This document shows positions 36,894 to 45,545 of a DNA stretch of 64,000 nucleotides, one piece after another; within the stretch, counting starts at the first letter, position 1, and every line of letters starts with the position of its first letter. Location of the stretch: the NCBI GenBank assembly GCA_039630085.1, contig JBCNVM010000002.1, positions 64,001 through 128,000 of the forward strand. The letters run 5' to 3'. Under the pieces are notes generated by a model. That model worked only from the letters and a program-made list of their open reading frames with translations. It ran no database searches and was not told the DNA's origin. The DNA comes from Candidatus Caldarchaeales archaeon (lineage in GTDB: Archaea > Thermoproteota > Nitrososphaeria_A > Caldarchaeales > Calditenuaceae). The translations under genes were made by a program, and so were the position numbers.

Positions 36894-37976
36894 GTGAGGG
36901 CGGTAGCGGTCGACGAGTTGAGGAGGTCCGTGAGGCTCGTGCCGGAGTCGGGAGTCGACCTGATCAACCTCTACAGGTCAGTGGAGAGGGGGGACCTGGT
37001 CTTCGCGGAGACGACGAGGGAGATCAAGAGGGAGAGGGCCTCCGGCGAGGTCGACAGCAGAAGGGTCGCGATCAGGATTGGGGTAGAGGTCGAGAGGAAG
37101 TCGGCTGACCCCGGGGTGAGGAGGATCTCGTTCCTAGGCAGGATCGTCGAGGCGGAGGGCCACGAGGACCTCCTGAAGAAGCACCACACCGTCCACGTCG
37201 AGAAGGGGAAAGAGGTCGAGGTCGTCTCGAGGGAGAGGTTCGGGAGGCTGGTCGCGCTGGCGGAGGCCGGGAGGCGGAGGGCTCCGAGGCCGATGCTTGT
37301 CCTCTCAGCAGACGACGAGAGGGCCGTACTGGTCCTGATCGACAACGAGGGCGTCCAGGTCCTCGCGTCCTCTCAGGTCTCCTCGGGCCCGAAGCTCTTC
37401 GGCTCGAAGGATCGGACGGGCTGGAGGGAGGAGCTCGTGGAGGGCGTGAAGGACGCGGCGCTCGACGCGATCGAGAGGCACGGCGTCTCGGAGCTGGTCG
37501 TCGTCGCGCCCCAGCCGCTGGTCGACGGCCTCGCTTCCGAGCTGAGGAGGTCGCTCTCCTCGAGGGCGGAGGTGCTCAAGAGGACGGTCCCTGCCTCCGT
37601 GGGAGGTATCGAGGGCCTGATGGAGGTCCTGAGGAGGGGAGGGCTCGGGAAGGAGCTTAGGCCGCTCTACGACGCGCTCCTGATCGAGAAGGCGCTGGAG
37701 CTGGCATCGGAGGAGCCGGGATCGGCCGCCTTCGGGACCCTGGACGTCCTGAAGATGGTGAGGGAGGGAAGGGCCGGATTGGTGCTGGTCTCGGAGGAAC
37801 ACCTCTGGCGTAACCTCGAGAGCCCGGAGCTCGACGAGGTGCTGAGGGGCGCGGAGTCGGGCAGGTACAGGCTCAGGGTCGTCGGCCCCGGAGGGCTCGC
37901 GTCGGAGAGGGTGGAGGCCTTGGGAGGGATCATAGGGCTGGACAGGGCCCTCGCCTCTATGTTGCCCGCGGAGTGA
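36894..37976 (+). CDS. pelA: Pelota/Dom34-like ribosome rescue factor
   Basis: LVPESGVDL..L...GDLV...TTR, HHTV, C-terminal ALGGIIG. Confidence 0.8.
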   Translation: MRAVAVDELRRSVRLVPESGVDLINLYRSVERGDLVFAETTREIKRERASGEVDSRRVAIRIGVEVERKSADPGVRRISFLGRIVEAEGHEDLLKKHHTVHVEKGKEVEVVSRERFGRLVALAEAGRRRAPRPMLVLSADDERAVLVLIDNEGVQVLASSQVSSGPKLFGSKDRTGWREELVEGVKDAALDAIERHGVSELVVVAPQPLVDGLASELRRSLSSRAEVLKRTVPASVGGIEGLMEVLRRGGLGKELRPLYDALLIEKALELASEEPGSAAFGTLDVLKMVREGRAGLVLVSEEHLWRNLESPELDEVLRGAESGRYRLRVVGPGGLASERVEALGGIIGLDRALASMLPAE

Positions 37977-38014
37977 GGCACGGTTTTCTTTAGGACGGGC
38001 CGCCTGAAACCGAG

Positions 38015-38692
38015 TTGCCGCTGGTGGTCAAGATCGGTGGACACGTCTTCGCGAAGGGCGAGCCAGAAATCGACCTGATCAAGGCCTACGCGCGGGTCCT
38101 CAGGGAGTCCCACGACGGCTCCGACCGCTGGGTAGTCGTGATGGGAGGAGGCGAGCCCGCGAGGGCCTACATCAGGGCCGCGAGGTCCCTCGGCGCGGAC
38201 GAGGTCACCTGCGACGAGATCGCGATCGCGGTCACGAGGATCCACGCCACCCTGATGGCCCTCGCGCTGGGCGAGCTGGCGTATCCGGAGGTCGTGAGGG
38301 ACATGGAATCCTTGAGGAGGGCCCTAGCGGTGAGGAGGGTCGCCGTAGCCGGAGGGCTCTGGCCCGGCCAGTCGACGTTCGCGGTATCGGCGCTCTGCGC
38401 CGGCGCGATCGGCGCCGACAGGCTCATCGTCGCGACCGACGTCAGGGGCGTCTACGACCGGGACCCGAAGCTCCATCCGGACGCGAGGCTCATCCCGCGG
38501 ATGACCTACGACGAGCTCCTCTCCAGGCTCAGCTCGGTCTCCCACAGCGCGGGGGAGTACAAGCTGGTCGACTCGGTGGGCCTCGCGATGCTGAAGAGGT
38601 CTGGGGTGAGGCTGCTCTTCGTCGACGGCACCGACCCGGAGAACGTCAGGAGGGCGATACTCAGGGGCGAGGCAGGCACGGTCGTCGAGTGA
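38015..38692 (+). CDS. pyrH: Uridylate kinase
   Basis: VVKIGG, MGGG..AR.YI, PGQST, TDVRGVYDRDP, AGTVV. Confidence 0.93.
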   Translation: MPLVVKIGGHVFAKGEPEIDLIKAYARVLRESHDGSDRWVVVMGGGEPARAYIRAARSLGADEVTCDEIAIAVTRIHATLMALALGELAYPEVVRDMESLRRALAVRRVAVAGGLWPGQSTFAVSALCAGAIGADRLIVATDVRGVYDRDPKLHPDARLIPRMTYDELLSRLSSVSHSAGEYKLVDSVGLAMLKRSGVRLLFVDGTDPENVRRAILRGEAGTVVE

Positions 38693-38697
38693 GTCGG

Positions 38698-40368
38698 TCA
38701 GGAAGGCTTCCTAGCCACCATGGCGGCGACGAAGGCGGCCGCGTAGACCAGCACGGTCGCGGCCCCGACGTTGGCGTCCAAGACCCACGCGAGCGCCAGG
38801 CCGCCGAGCGCCGAGGAGGCCGAGATCGCGGCCGAGACCGCCATGTAAGTCGCGGGGCTTCTGGCGAGCAGGTACGCGGTCGCAGGCGGCACGATGAAGG
38901 AGGCCACGGTGGGGACCGCGCCGACTGTCATGAAGGCGGTGATGACCGTCGCCGAGAGCAGCGCCAGGAGGCCGTAGTGGAGGAGCGAGGTCCTCAGCCC
39001 GATGGACTCGGCGTAGACGGGGTCGACGCAGTAGACCGTCAAGGGCCTCCTCGCCGCGAGGACCGCCGCGATCGAGGCCGCCGAGAGGGCCAGCGACCTG
39101 ACGAGGAACTCGTCCGAGACCGCGAGGACGTCCGCGAAGAGCACGTCCTCGATGTTCAGGGCCGCTCCGCCGGCCATGGAGAGCATCACGACCGCCAAGG
39201 CCAGCATGGAGGTGAAGGTGACCGCGATCGCGACATCGCCCCTCAGCTTCGTCCTCCGCTCGATGTAGGAGACCGAGAGGGCCACCGCGAGGCCGGCGGC
39301 GAGGGCTCCGAGGTAGTAGTCGGCCCCGACCAGGTAGGCAGCGACTAGGCCTGCTATCGCTCCGTGGGAGAGCGCGTCGCCGAAGATCGCCCAGCCCCGC
39401 ATCAGCGCGAAGCTCCCGACCAGAGAGGAGGTGACGGTGACCGCCACCAGCGCGACGACCCCGACCGCGACCACGGCGAAGAAGGCGTCGAGACGCGGCC
39501 GCTCCCGGTGGGAGCTCAGGGCCTCGACGACCTGCATGACGTTCCACCTGACGAGGTCGGCGTAACTTCCGATCCCGCGCTCAGGGTCGAGCCTTTCGTA
39601 GTAGACCGGCCCGAGGACCTCGACCCCAGACCTCGAGGCGAGGTTAGCCGCGACCTCCTTCAGCGTCGTCCCCTCCTCCTCGGCCTCCAAGAGTATCGGA
39701 GCTCGTAGCCGACCGATCTCGACGAAGACCCGCTCCAGCCTCGAGAGCTGCTGCTCGAAGGTCCCAAAGCCCTCGGTGAGCGCGATCGCCCTCACACTTC
39801 TCATCCCCCTCAGGAGGTCGTCGAGCGAGGGCCTGATCGTCACGACAGCGGCTCCGGGGCTTATCGAGCGGCCCATCTCGTCGACCCACGACGCGAGAAG
39901 CCTCAGCTCCGCGATGGCCCTCTGCCTGTTGAGCTCTATTTTTTCGGAGGCATGGGGGAAGTGCCTAGCGAGGACCCACGCCAGCGCGTCGACGATCCCA
40001 GCGGCGCCCTCGGGCGAGAGCCAGAACGCGGACCTCACCTCGCCGATGCCCAGCAGCTCCGAGAGCCTGTACGTCGGGAGGCCCCTCCTGACCGCGGACG
40101 CCAGCTCTCCGACCCTCGCCTCGGCTCCGTAGCCGACGTAGACGAAGACCTCCGCCCTGACGATCCTCTCGACCGCGCTCGGCCTCATCCTGAAGGACGC
40201 GGAGCTCGACCCGCCGAGGAGGCTCTCAACCCTGACCACGCCATCGCCCACGTCTCCCGCCAAGTCCGCGAGGACCTCCGTCGTGACGAGGACCAGCGGC
40301 CGCTCAGGGACCTCGGACGCGTTCGAGAGGAGGGCAGCTGCTGCAAAGAGCGCGACGAGGGCTAGCAA
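38698..40368 (-). CDS. Fused metal ABC transporter binding domain plus permease (ZnuA/ZnuB-like)
   Basis: Signal peptide, cluster A-I SBP pattern (FWLSP, YADLVRWN), then ABC-3 permease GDALSHGAIAG, TVGAV, PPATA. Confidence 0.85.
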   Translation of the reverse strand: MLALVALFAAAALLSNASEVPERPLVLVTTEVLADLAGDVGDGVVRVESLLGGSSSASFRMRPSAVERIVRAEVFVYVGYGAEARVGELASAVRRGLPTYRLSELLGIGEVRSAFWLSPEGAAGIVDALAWVLARHFPHASEKIELNRQRAIAELRLLASWVDEMGRSISPGAAVVTIRPSLDDLLRGMRSVRAIALTEGFGTFEQQLSRLERVFVEIGRLRAPILLEAEEEGTTLKEVAANLASRSGVEVLGPVYYERLDPERGIGSYADLVRWNVMQVVEALSSHRERPRLDAFFAVVAVGVVALVAVTVTSSLVGSFALMRGWAIFGDALSHGAIAGLVAAYLVGADYYLGALAAGLAVALSVSYIERRTKLRGDVAIAVTFTSMLALAVVMLSMAGGAALNIEDVLFADVLAVSDEFLVRSLALSAASIAAVLAARRPLTVYCVDPVYAESIGLRTSLLHYGLLALLSATVITAFMTVGAVPTVASFIVPPATAYLLARSPATYMAVSAAISASSALGGLALAWVLDANVGAATVLVYAAAFVAAMVARKPS

Positions 40369-40371
40369 GGG

Positions 40372-41079
40372 CTACCACTTTCCGTTGTAGGCCTCGGAGA
40401 GCAGCCTTTTCTCGGAGAGGACCTCGTGGGGCTTCCCGACCGCAAAGACGCGCCTGTTGAGGAGCACGACCCTGTCGAAGGGCGTCGGGTCAGGGACGTG
40501 GTGCTCCGAGATGAGGACGTGCTTCCCCCTCCGCTTCTCCTCCTCGAGCGCGGAGATCACCGCTCCCTCGCTGGGCCTGTCGATCGACTCGAAGGGCTCG
40601 TCGAGCAGGTAGACGTCCGGGTCCTGCGCCAGCGCCCTCGCGATCAGCGCCCTCGCGAGCTGACCGCCCGAGAGCTCCGAGAGCCTCCTGTGCCTCAGCC
40701 CGGATATCCCCACCCTCTCCATCGCCTCGTCGGGGTCTGCCCTGAGGCCACGCCCCCTCGCGACCTCCGAGCCCATCTCCACCAGGTCCATCACCCTCAG
40801 CGGCGGGCCGAGCGCGATCGACCTCTGCTGCGGGACGTAGGCGACCCTTCTCCTCACGGACCTGTCGGACCAGGGGTCCGAGCCGAGGACCTCGACCCTA
40901 CCTCTGTAAGGCCTAATCAGCCCCGCGAAGGCCCTGAGGAGCGTCGACTTGCCCGCGCCGTTGGGGCCCATCAGCAGCACCATCTCGCCCGCGTTCCCCG
41001 AGAAGGTCACGCCCTCGAGCGCCCTGCTCCCGTTGTAGCCCGCGTAGAGGTCGACGGCCCTGACCAGGACCCCCGGCAT
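40372..41079 (-). CDS. Metal ABC transporter ATPase (ZnuC-like)
   Basis: GPNGAGKSTL, YVPQ, LSGGQ, LLDEP. Confidence 0.92.
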   Translation of the reverse strand: MPGVLVRAVDLYAGYNGSRALEGVTFSGNAGEMVLLMGPNGAGKSTLLRAFAGLIRPYRGRVEVLGSDPWSDRSVRRRVAYVPQQRSIALGPPLRVMDLVEMGSEVARGRGLRADPDEAMERVGISGLRHRRLSELSGGQLARALIARALAQDPDVYLLDEPFESIDRPSEGAVISALEEEKRRGKHVLISEHHVPDPTPFDRVVLLNRRVFAVGKPHEVLSEKRLLSEAYNGKW

Positions 41080-41087
41080 CCTGCTGA

Positions 41088-41111
41088 GTTAACCCTGGTA
41101 AACAATTTTAA
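41088..41111 (-). promoter_or_regulatory. TATA box and candidate operator for the metal ABC operon
   Basis: Minus-strand TTAAAA (41111-41106); inverted repeat GTTAACC-CT-GGTAAAC (41088-41103) between it and the start codon. Confidence 0.45.
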
Positions 41112-41169
41112 CCTTCCTTCACTTTCCGAGCCGGTCACGGATAAATCGGGCGGCGAAGTTATTCGGGGT

Positions 41170-41230
41170 GCGGCGATGACCGGTCAGGGTTACCGCGACG
41201 GAGTGAGCGGAAGGCGTTTGAGAGAGCCGC
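41170..41230 (+). ncRNA. Candidate C/D-box sRNA, guides apparently against 23S helix 69 and the adjacent region
   Basis: C-like GCGATGA (41173-79), C'-like GAGTGA, D-like TTGA (41218-21), terminal GCGG/CCGC stem, upstream GATAAAT; guide complement GCGGUAACCCUGACCG has the H69 pattern (from memory). Confidence 0.55.
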
Positions 41231-41288
41231 GCCGAAGCGCCGGTGACAACCTTTATCTCAAGCCCGAGGACCGTTAGGTGACTATAAC

Positions 41289-41975
41289 ATGCGTCTCAGT
41301 CTAGTGGTCGGGGCGGTCGTCGCGCTGACGTTACTGTTCGCGGTGTCACCGGTCGCTCAGGCGTCGAGGCCGCTCCCGGGGACGAACTTCGCCAATGCTC
41401 CCTCCCTCAGGCCCGGTTCCTACACCTATGACCTCCAGCCCGGCGACCTCCACTTCTTCAGGGTCGACCTCGTCAAGGGGCAAACGCTCTTCGTGGTGGT
41501 CAGGGTTCCGGCTGACCAGGACTTCGACGCGGTCCTCTTCTCGCCGGAGAGGGACCCGATCGAGCAGAGCGTGAGGCCGAGGGGATTCTACGAACGGATC
41601 TCCTACAAGGCCGTCGCCTCAGGCCCCCACTACATCGTGGTGTATCCCTTCGGCCCCTCTAGGGGAGTTTACACGCTCGAGGTCTCGGTGCTCGACGAGC
41701 CCGCGGTTACGGTCACGGTCACCGCGACCGAACTCAGGTACGTCACGGTGACGGTTCCCGGAGCGACTGTAACTGCGCAGGTGGTCTCCTTCAGGACGGT
41801 GATGCTCGAGCCGAAGGACGTCGGGACCGAGGCCTGGAGCGCGATCGGGATGGGGCTGGTCGCGATCGGGCTGGTCGCTACGGCGGTGATCTTCCACGAC
41901 TCCATCACAAAGCTGAGGGGGGCTCAGGGCGCCGAGGCGCGGCCTAGGCAGGAGGGTGGAGGCGAGGGAGGGTGA
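41289..41975 (+). CDS. Secreted PPC-like domain protein with Thr/Val linker and C-terminal TM anchor
   Basis: Signal peptide, DLHFFRV, DFDAVLFSP, GPHYIVV, GVYTL, TVTVT repeats, TM. Confidence 0.7.
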   Translation: MRLSLVVGAVVALTLLFAVSPVAQASRPLPGTNFANAPSLRPGSYTYDLQPGDLHFFRVDLVKGQTLFVVVRVPADQDFDAVLFSPERDPIEQSVRPRGFYERISYKAVASGPHYIVVYPFGPSRGVYTLEVSVLDEPAVTVTVTATELRYVTVTVPGATVTAQVVSFRTVMLEPKDVGTEAWSAIGMGLVAIGLVATAVIFHDSITKLRGAQGAEARPRQEGGGEGG

Positions 41976-42733
41976 CCCGCGCGTTCAGCGGCAGAGTCTT
42001 CTTGGCCGTGGTTTTGGTCGTAGGGCTGGCGCTGGGCCTCTCGGGCTACTTCCTCGGGTACTCGGCGGGACGCGAGGAGGCGCTCGCGGAGTTCAGACAG
42101 CTCAGGTCGGTGAACGAGAGGCTGGGGGCCGAGCTCGAGTCCCTCAACGCGCAGCTCTCCCAGCTCAGGCTCGAGCGGGACGACCTCAGGGTGAGGGTCA
42201 ACTCGCTGCAGGCGAACCTCGCCTCGCTCAGCGAGTCGGTGTCCGCGCTCCAGTCGAGGCTAAGGGCGGCTGAGTCGACCTCGGCGGAGCTCGGCAGGAA
42301 GGCCGAGAGGGCGAGGTCCGTGATCTCGAGCTTAGAGAAGGCGATCGCCATCTACACCCAGATCTCGGGAAGGGACCTGCTCCTCCAGCTCCTCTTCGTT
42401 GACGTCACGGACGTCCAGCAGCTGAACGAGACCCGCGTCAGGACCTTCCTAACTGAGTACTGGTCCGGGCTGAAGTCGACGGTCGCGGAGTACGAGCCGC
42501 AGCTCACATCCTCGGTCGACAGGATAATCGGCAACATCGGCGGCGTCATCGATTACATCAGGTGGCTTCAGCGCCAGCCGCCCGCCGGGGCGAGCTCCGA
42601 CGAGATCCTCAAGTGGCTCCTCGCGTACCCCTCGAGCTTCGACGCGTACCAGGAGTCGGTCCTTCGGTTCCTCGACGAGTTCATGCTCTCCGTCTCCTCG
42701 AAGATCATCGCGCTCCGGGACGTCGGCCTCTGA
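41972..42733 (+). CDS. Membrane-anchored coiled-coil hypothetical protein
   Basis: N-terminal TM, about 90 aa of heptads, helical C-terminal domain; start overlaps upstream stop. Confidence 0.7.
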   Translation: MTRAFSGRVFLAVVLVVGLALGLSGYFLGYSAGREEALAEFRQLRSVNERLGAELESLNAQLSQLRLERDDLRVRVNSLQANLASLSESVSALQSRLRAAESTSAELGRKAERARSVISSLEKAIAIYTQISGRDLLLQLLFVDVTDVQQLNETRVRTFLTEYWSGLKSTVAEYEPQLTSSVDRIIGNIGGVIDYIRWLQRQPPAGASSDEILKWLLAYPSSFDAYQESVLRFLDEFMLSVSSKIIALRDVGL

Positions 42734-42781
42734 CGTCCGGGAAGGTCTAAATCGATCCGCACGGAACCCGGTGTTGCGGAA

Positions 42782-42891
42782 AGCCCGGTCGTCTAGCGGT
42801 CAAACTGGCCAGAGGACCAGGGATTCCGGGCTTTGGATCCCCTCTGGGGAGGAGGAACCCGGAGACGCCGGTTCGAATCCGGCCCGGGCTA
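42782..42891 (+). tRNA. tRNA-Gln(UUG) with two introns (21/22: 42804-42820; 37/38: 42837-42856)
   Basis: Acceptor AGCCCGG/CCGGGCT-A, anticodon stem CCGGG/CCCGG, loop CT-TTG-G^A, T arm GCCGG TTCGAAT CCGGC; BHB helices GGTC/GACC and CTTT/GGAG. Confidence 0.92.
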
Positions 42892-43028
42892 CCTCAGAGC
42901 ACGACGTCGAGATGCGAAGGGCCTCGGTCAGGTCTACTCTGTGGACCGTCAGCTCCCGCTGGGACCTCGCAGGGCACTTGGAGAGCGTCGCGCACGCAAA
43001 TATACCGGGTCCGACTTCGTTCGTGGGA

Positions 43029-43958
43029 TTGACCGGATTCGGCGAGGTCATCGCGAGGCTCGAGCGCGAGAGGAGGCCCTACGCGATCGCGACCATCGTC
43101 AGGGTCGAGGGCTCCTCGCTGGGGAAGCCGGGGTTCAAGATCGTCGTCGACGGTGAGGGCAGGGTCCTCTACGGGACGCTCGGGGGCGTCTGCCCCGAGG
43201 GCCCGATCGTCTCGGTCGCGGTCGAGGCGATCAGGCAGGACAGGCCGAGGCTCGTCACGGTCCACCTAGTAGGCCCGGAGGAGTCGGTGGCCCGGATGGC
43301 GGCGGGGAAAGCGTCGGAGGACGAGATCTTCGTCGAGACCTTCTGCGGCGGGAGGCTCGAGATCTTCGTCGAGCCGAGATCACCGAGGAGGAGGCTCGTG
43401 ATCGTGGCGCAGGGAGGGAGGGACGACGTCGAGGAGGCGCTGGTGCGTTTCGGGAGGATACTGGGGTTCGAGACGGTCGTCGTCAACCCCGCGCCGGCCC
43501 TGACCGTCGATCCGGACGTCCTGATCACCGACCTCTCCTTCGACATCGGCTCGCTGAACCTCGGGGAGCGGGACTACGTCGTCGTCTTGACGAAGGGAGG
43601 GAGGGACTTGGAGGTGCTGGAGGGCCTCTCGAGGACGAAGGCGGGCTACGTGGGGCTGGTCGCGAGCAGGAAGCGGGTCGCTAGGAACGTCGAGCTCCTC
43701 AGGTCGAGGGGCGTCAGCGAGGAGTTCATCACGTCCCTCAGCGCTCCAGCAGGGATCGACATCGGGGCCTACACGCCGGAGGAGGTGGCCCTGGCAGTCG
43801 TCGCGGAGATCGTCGCCAAGATCAGGGGCGTGAGGGTGAGGAGGAAGGGAGAGGAGGGGCAGGCACGGGCCGCGGGGCCGACCGGGACGACCGAGGCGGC
43901 CGGAGAGGTCAGGGTAGTGGGTGGGGCCTGCGAGCCTTCGCCGAGGGCCGGGGCCTGA
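43029..43958 (+). CDS. XdhC/CoxI family molybdoenzyme maturation factor
   Basis: ATIVRVEGSS, GTLGGVCPE, CGGRLEIFVEP, YVGLVAS, APAGIDIGAYTPEEVA; start moved downstream of the tRNA. Confidence 0.9.
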   Translation: MTGFGEVIARLERERRPYAIATIVRVEGSSLGKPGFKIVVDGEGRVLYGTLGGVCPEGPIVSVAVEAIRQDRPRLVTVHLVGPEESVARMAAGKASEDEIFVETFCGGRLEIFVEPRSPRRRLVIVAQGGRDDVEEALVRFGRILGFETVVVNPAPALTVDPDVLITDLSFDIGSLNLGERDYVVVLTKGGRDLEVLEGLSRTKAGYVGLVASRKRVARNVELLRSRGVSEEFITSLSAPAGIDIGAYTPEEVALAVVAEIVAKIRGVRVRRKGEEGQARAAGPTGTTEAAGEVRVVGGACEPSPRAGA

Positions 43959-44006
43959 AGGAGCGACCCGGCTCACGCTTATACCCCACTTCTCTCAGTC
44001 CAAGTT

Positions 44007-44303
44007 GGGGACGGGCAGCTGGGCGGGCTTCGGGGAGATCCCGGGGAAGTTCCTCCCTCCCACGGTGGGCCCGGTGCCGCGAGGCACGGGGGGAGACCCC
44101 TGGCAACGCCACAGAAACGACACCCCTCCGGCCGGATGCGGGCTGACGCGGGAGGTCCCGCCGACGACGGCCGGAGACCGGATGAAACGGGCGTCCCGGG
44201 CGGAGAAAGTGACCGGGGCCGTGAGCCCCACCGTCGAGCCCTGGAGGGACGAGAAGACGGATCCCGCCTAAAACGGAAGGAGGGCTACGGGCTGCCCGTC
44301 CCC
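44007..44303 (+). ncRNA. rnpB: RNase P RNA (archaeal, type A-like)
   Basis: P1 GGGGACGGGCAGC/GCTGCCCGTCCCC, CR-I GGGGAAGTTCCTCCC, CR-II ACAGAAA, CR-III TGAAAC, CR-V AAAACGGAAGGAGGGCTA; TTATA at 43979-83. Confidence 0.93.
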
Positions 44304-45544
44304 GCCGCTCTCTCCTTCTTCCCCCTGCCGAGCCTCTCGTGGGCCCTCGCGAGGTGGTGAGCCGAGAGGGCGGACATTAGCGAGAGCTCGCCGGCCAGCG
44401 CGGCCGCCGCCAGCACCTCCGCGAACCTCTTCGCGTTGGTCCCCGGAGGGTCTCCGGGCCCCGCGACGCCCATGATCGAGAGCGCGGCCCTCTGCGCGGG
44501 GAGCCAGGTGCCGCCGCCGACGGTCCCGACCTCGAGGCTGGGCATCGTGAGGCTGAAGTAGAGGTCGCCGTCCTGCGTGACGTCTGCGAAGGAGATCGAC
44601 ATGCTGGACTCTACGACCTGTGCGGGGTCCTGGCCGGTCGCGATGAAGACCGCCGCGACCACATTCGCGACGTGGGCGTTGAAGCCCCCGAGGGCCCCCG
44701 CCAAGGCAGACCCGACGTAGAGCTTCGCGGAGACCACCTTGACCACGGCCTCGGGGGTCGTCTTCAGCACCGAGGCGACCGCCTCCCTCTTGATCACGGC
44801 CTCCGCGGAGACGGTCTTCCCCCTTCCGGTCACCCAGTTGACGGCCGCGGGCTTCTTGTCGGTGCAGAGGTTGCCGCTGAGGGAGACGTGCCTGACCCAG
44901 TCGAGCCTCGACGCGATCTCCTCGACGACGCGCTCCGCTGCCCTCGTGACCATGTTCATCCCCATCGCGTCGCCCGTCGTGGCCTCCATCCTGAGGAAGA
45001 CGTACTTCCCGGCTACGAAGGGCCTGATCGCCCTTAGGTCGCCGTGGGAGGTCGTGGACCTGAAGGCCTCCCTGAGGACCTGGAAGTTCTCCTCGATCCA
45101 CTTCGCGAGCCTTAGGCTCCACTCGAGGCCCGGAGTCTCGAGCGCTGGGGCTCTCGTCATCTTGTCGTCCAAGACCCTCGCCCTCACCGCGCCAGAGGCC
45201 CTTATCGCGGAGGCTCCCCTGTTCACCGTCGCGACCAAGGCGCCCTCCGTCGTCGCAAGGGGGACGTAGGCGTCGCCCCTGAAGTGTTCGCCCTCGACCG
45301 GAATGGGTCCGGCTATACCAACAGGAACAGTGACGCCCCCTATCGTGTTCTCGCAGTTCCGGCCGATTATCCCCTCGAACGGCAGGTCGACGTTCAGGGC
45401 CGAGAGGTCCAAGTGGAGCTTGCTCTCGAGGAACCTCCTCCGGAGCGCGGTCGCGTGTCTGGGACCGACGATCTCGTCGAGCGCGTGGAGCTTGACCCTC
45501 CCGGTCAGCAGGTCCTCGAGCGTGACGGCCTCGGTCCCGCTCAG
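44285..45544 (-). CDS. hmgA: HMG-CoA reductase, class I
   Basis: CENTIG, PLATTEGALVA, TGDAMGMNM, SGNLCTDKK, GQDPAQ, VGTVGGGT, GELSL; frame extends to CTG at 45544. Confidence 0.95.
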   Translation of the reverse strand: MSGTEAVTLEDLLTGRVKLHALDEIVGPRHATALRRRFLESKLHLDLSALNVDLPFEGIIGRNCENTIGGVTVPVGIAGPIPVEGEHFRGDAYVPLATTEGALVATVNRGASAIRASGAVRARVLDDKMTRAPALETPGLEWSLRLAKWIEENFQVLREAFRSTTSHGDLRAIRPFVAGKYVFLRMEATTGDAMGMNMVTRAAERVVEEIASRLDWVRHVSLSGNLCTDKKPAAVNWVTGRGKTVSAEAVIKREAVASVLKTTPEAVVKVVSAKLYVGSALAGALGGFNAHVANVVAAVFIATGQDPAQVVESSMSISFADVTQDGDLYFSLTMPSLEVGTVGGGTWLPAQRAALSIMGVAGPGDPPGTNAKRFAEVLAAAALAGELSLMSALSAHHLARAHERLGRGKKERAAGTGSP

Positions 45545-45545
45545 C

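Noticed and set aside
42771-43028. N-terminal extension of the XdhC ORF
   Set aside because: Overlaps tRNA-Gln; a TATA-like AAATATA near 43000 supports the downstream start
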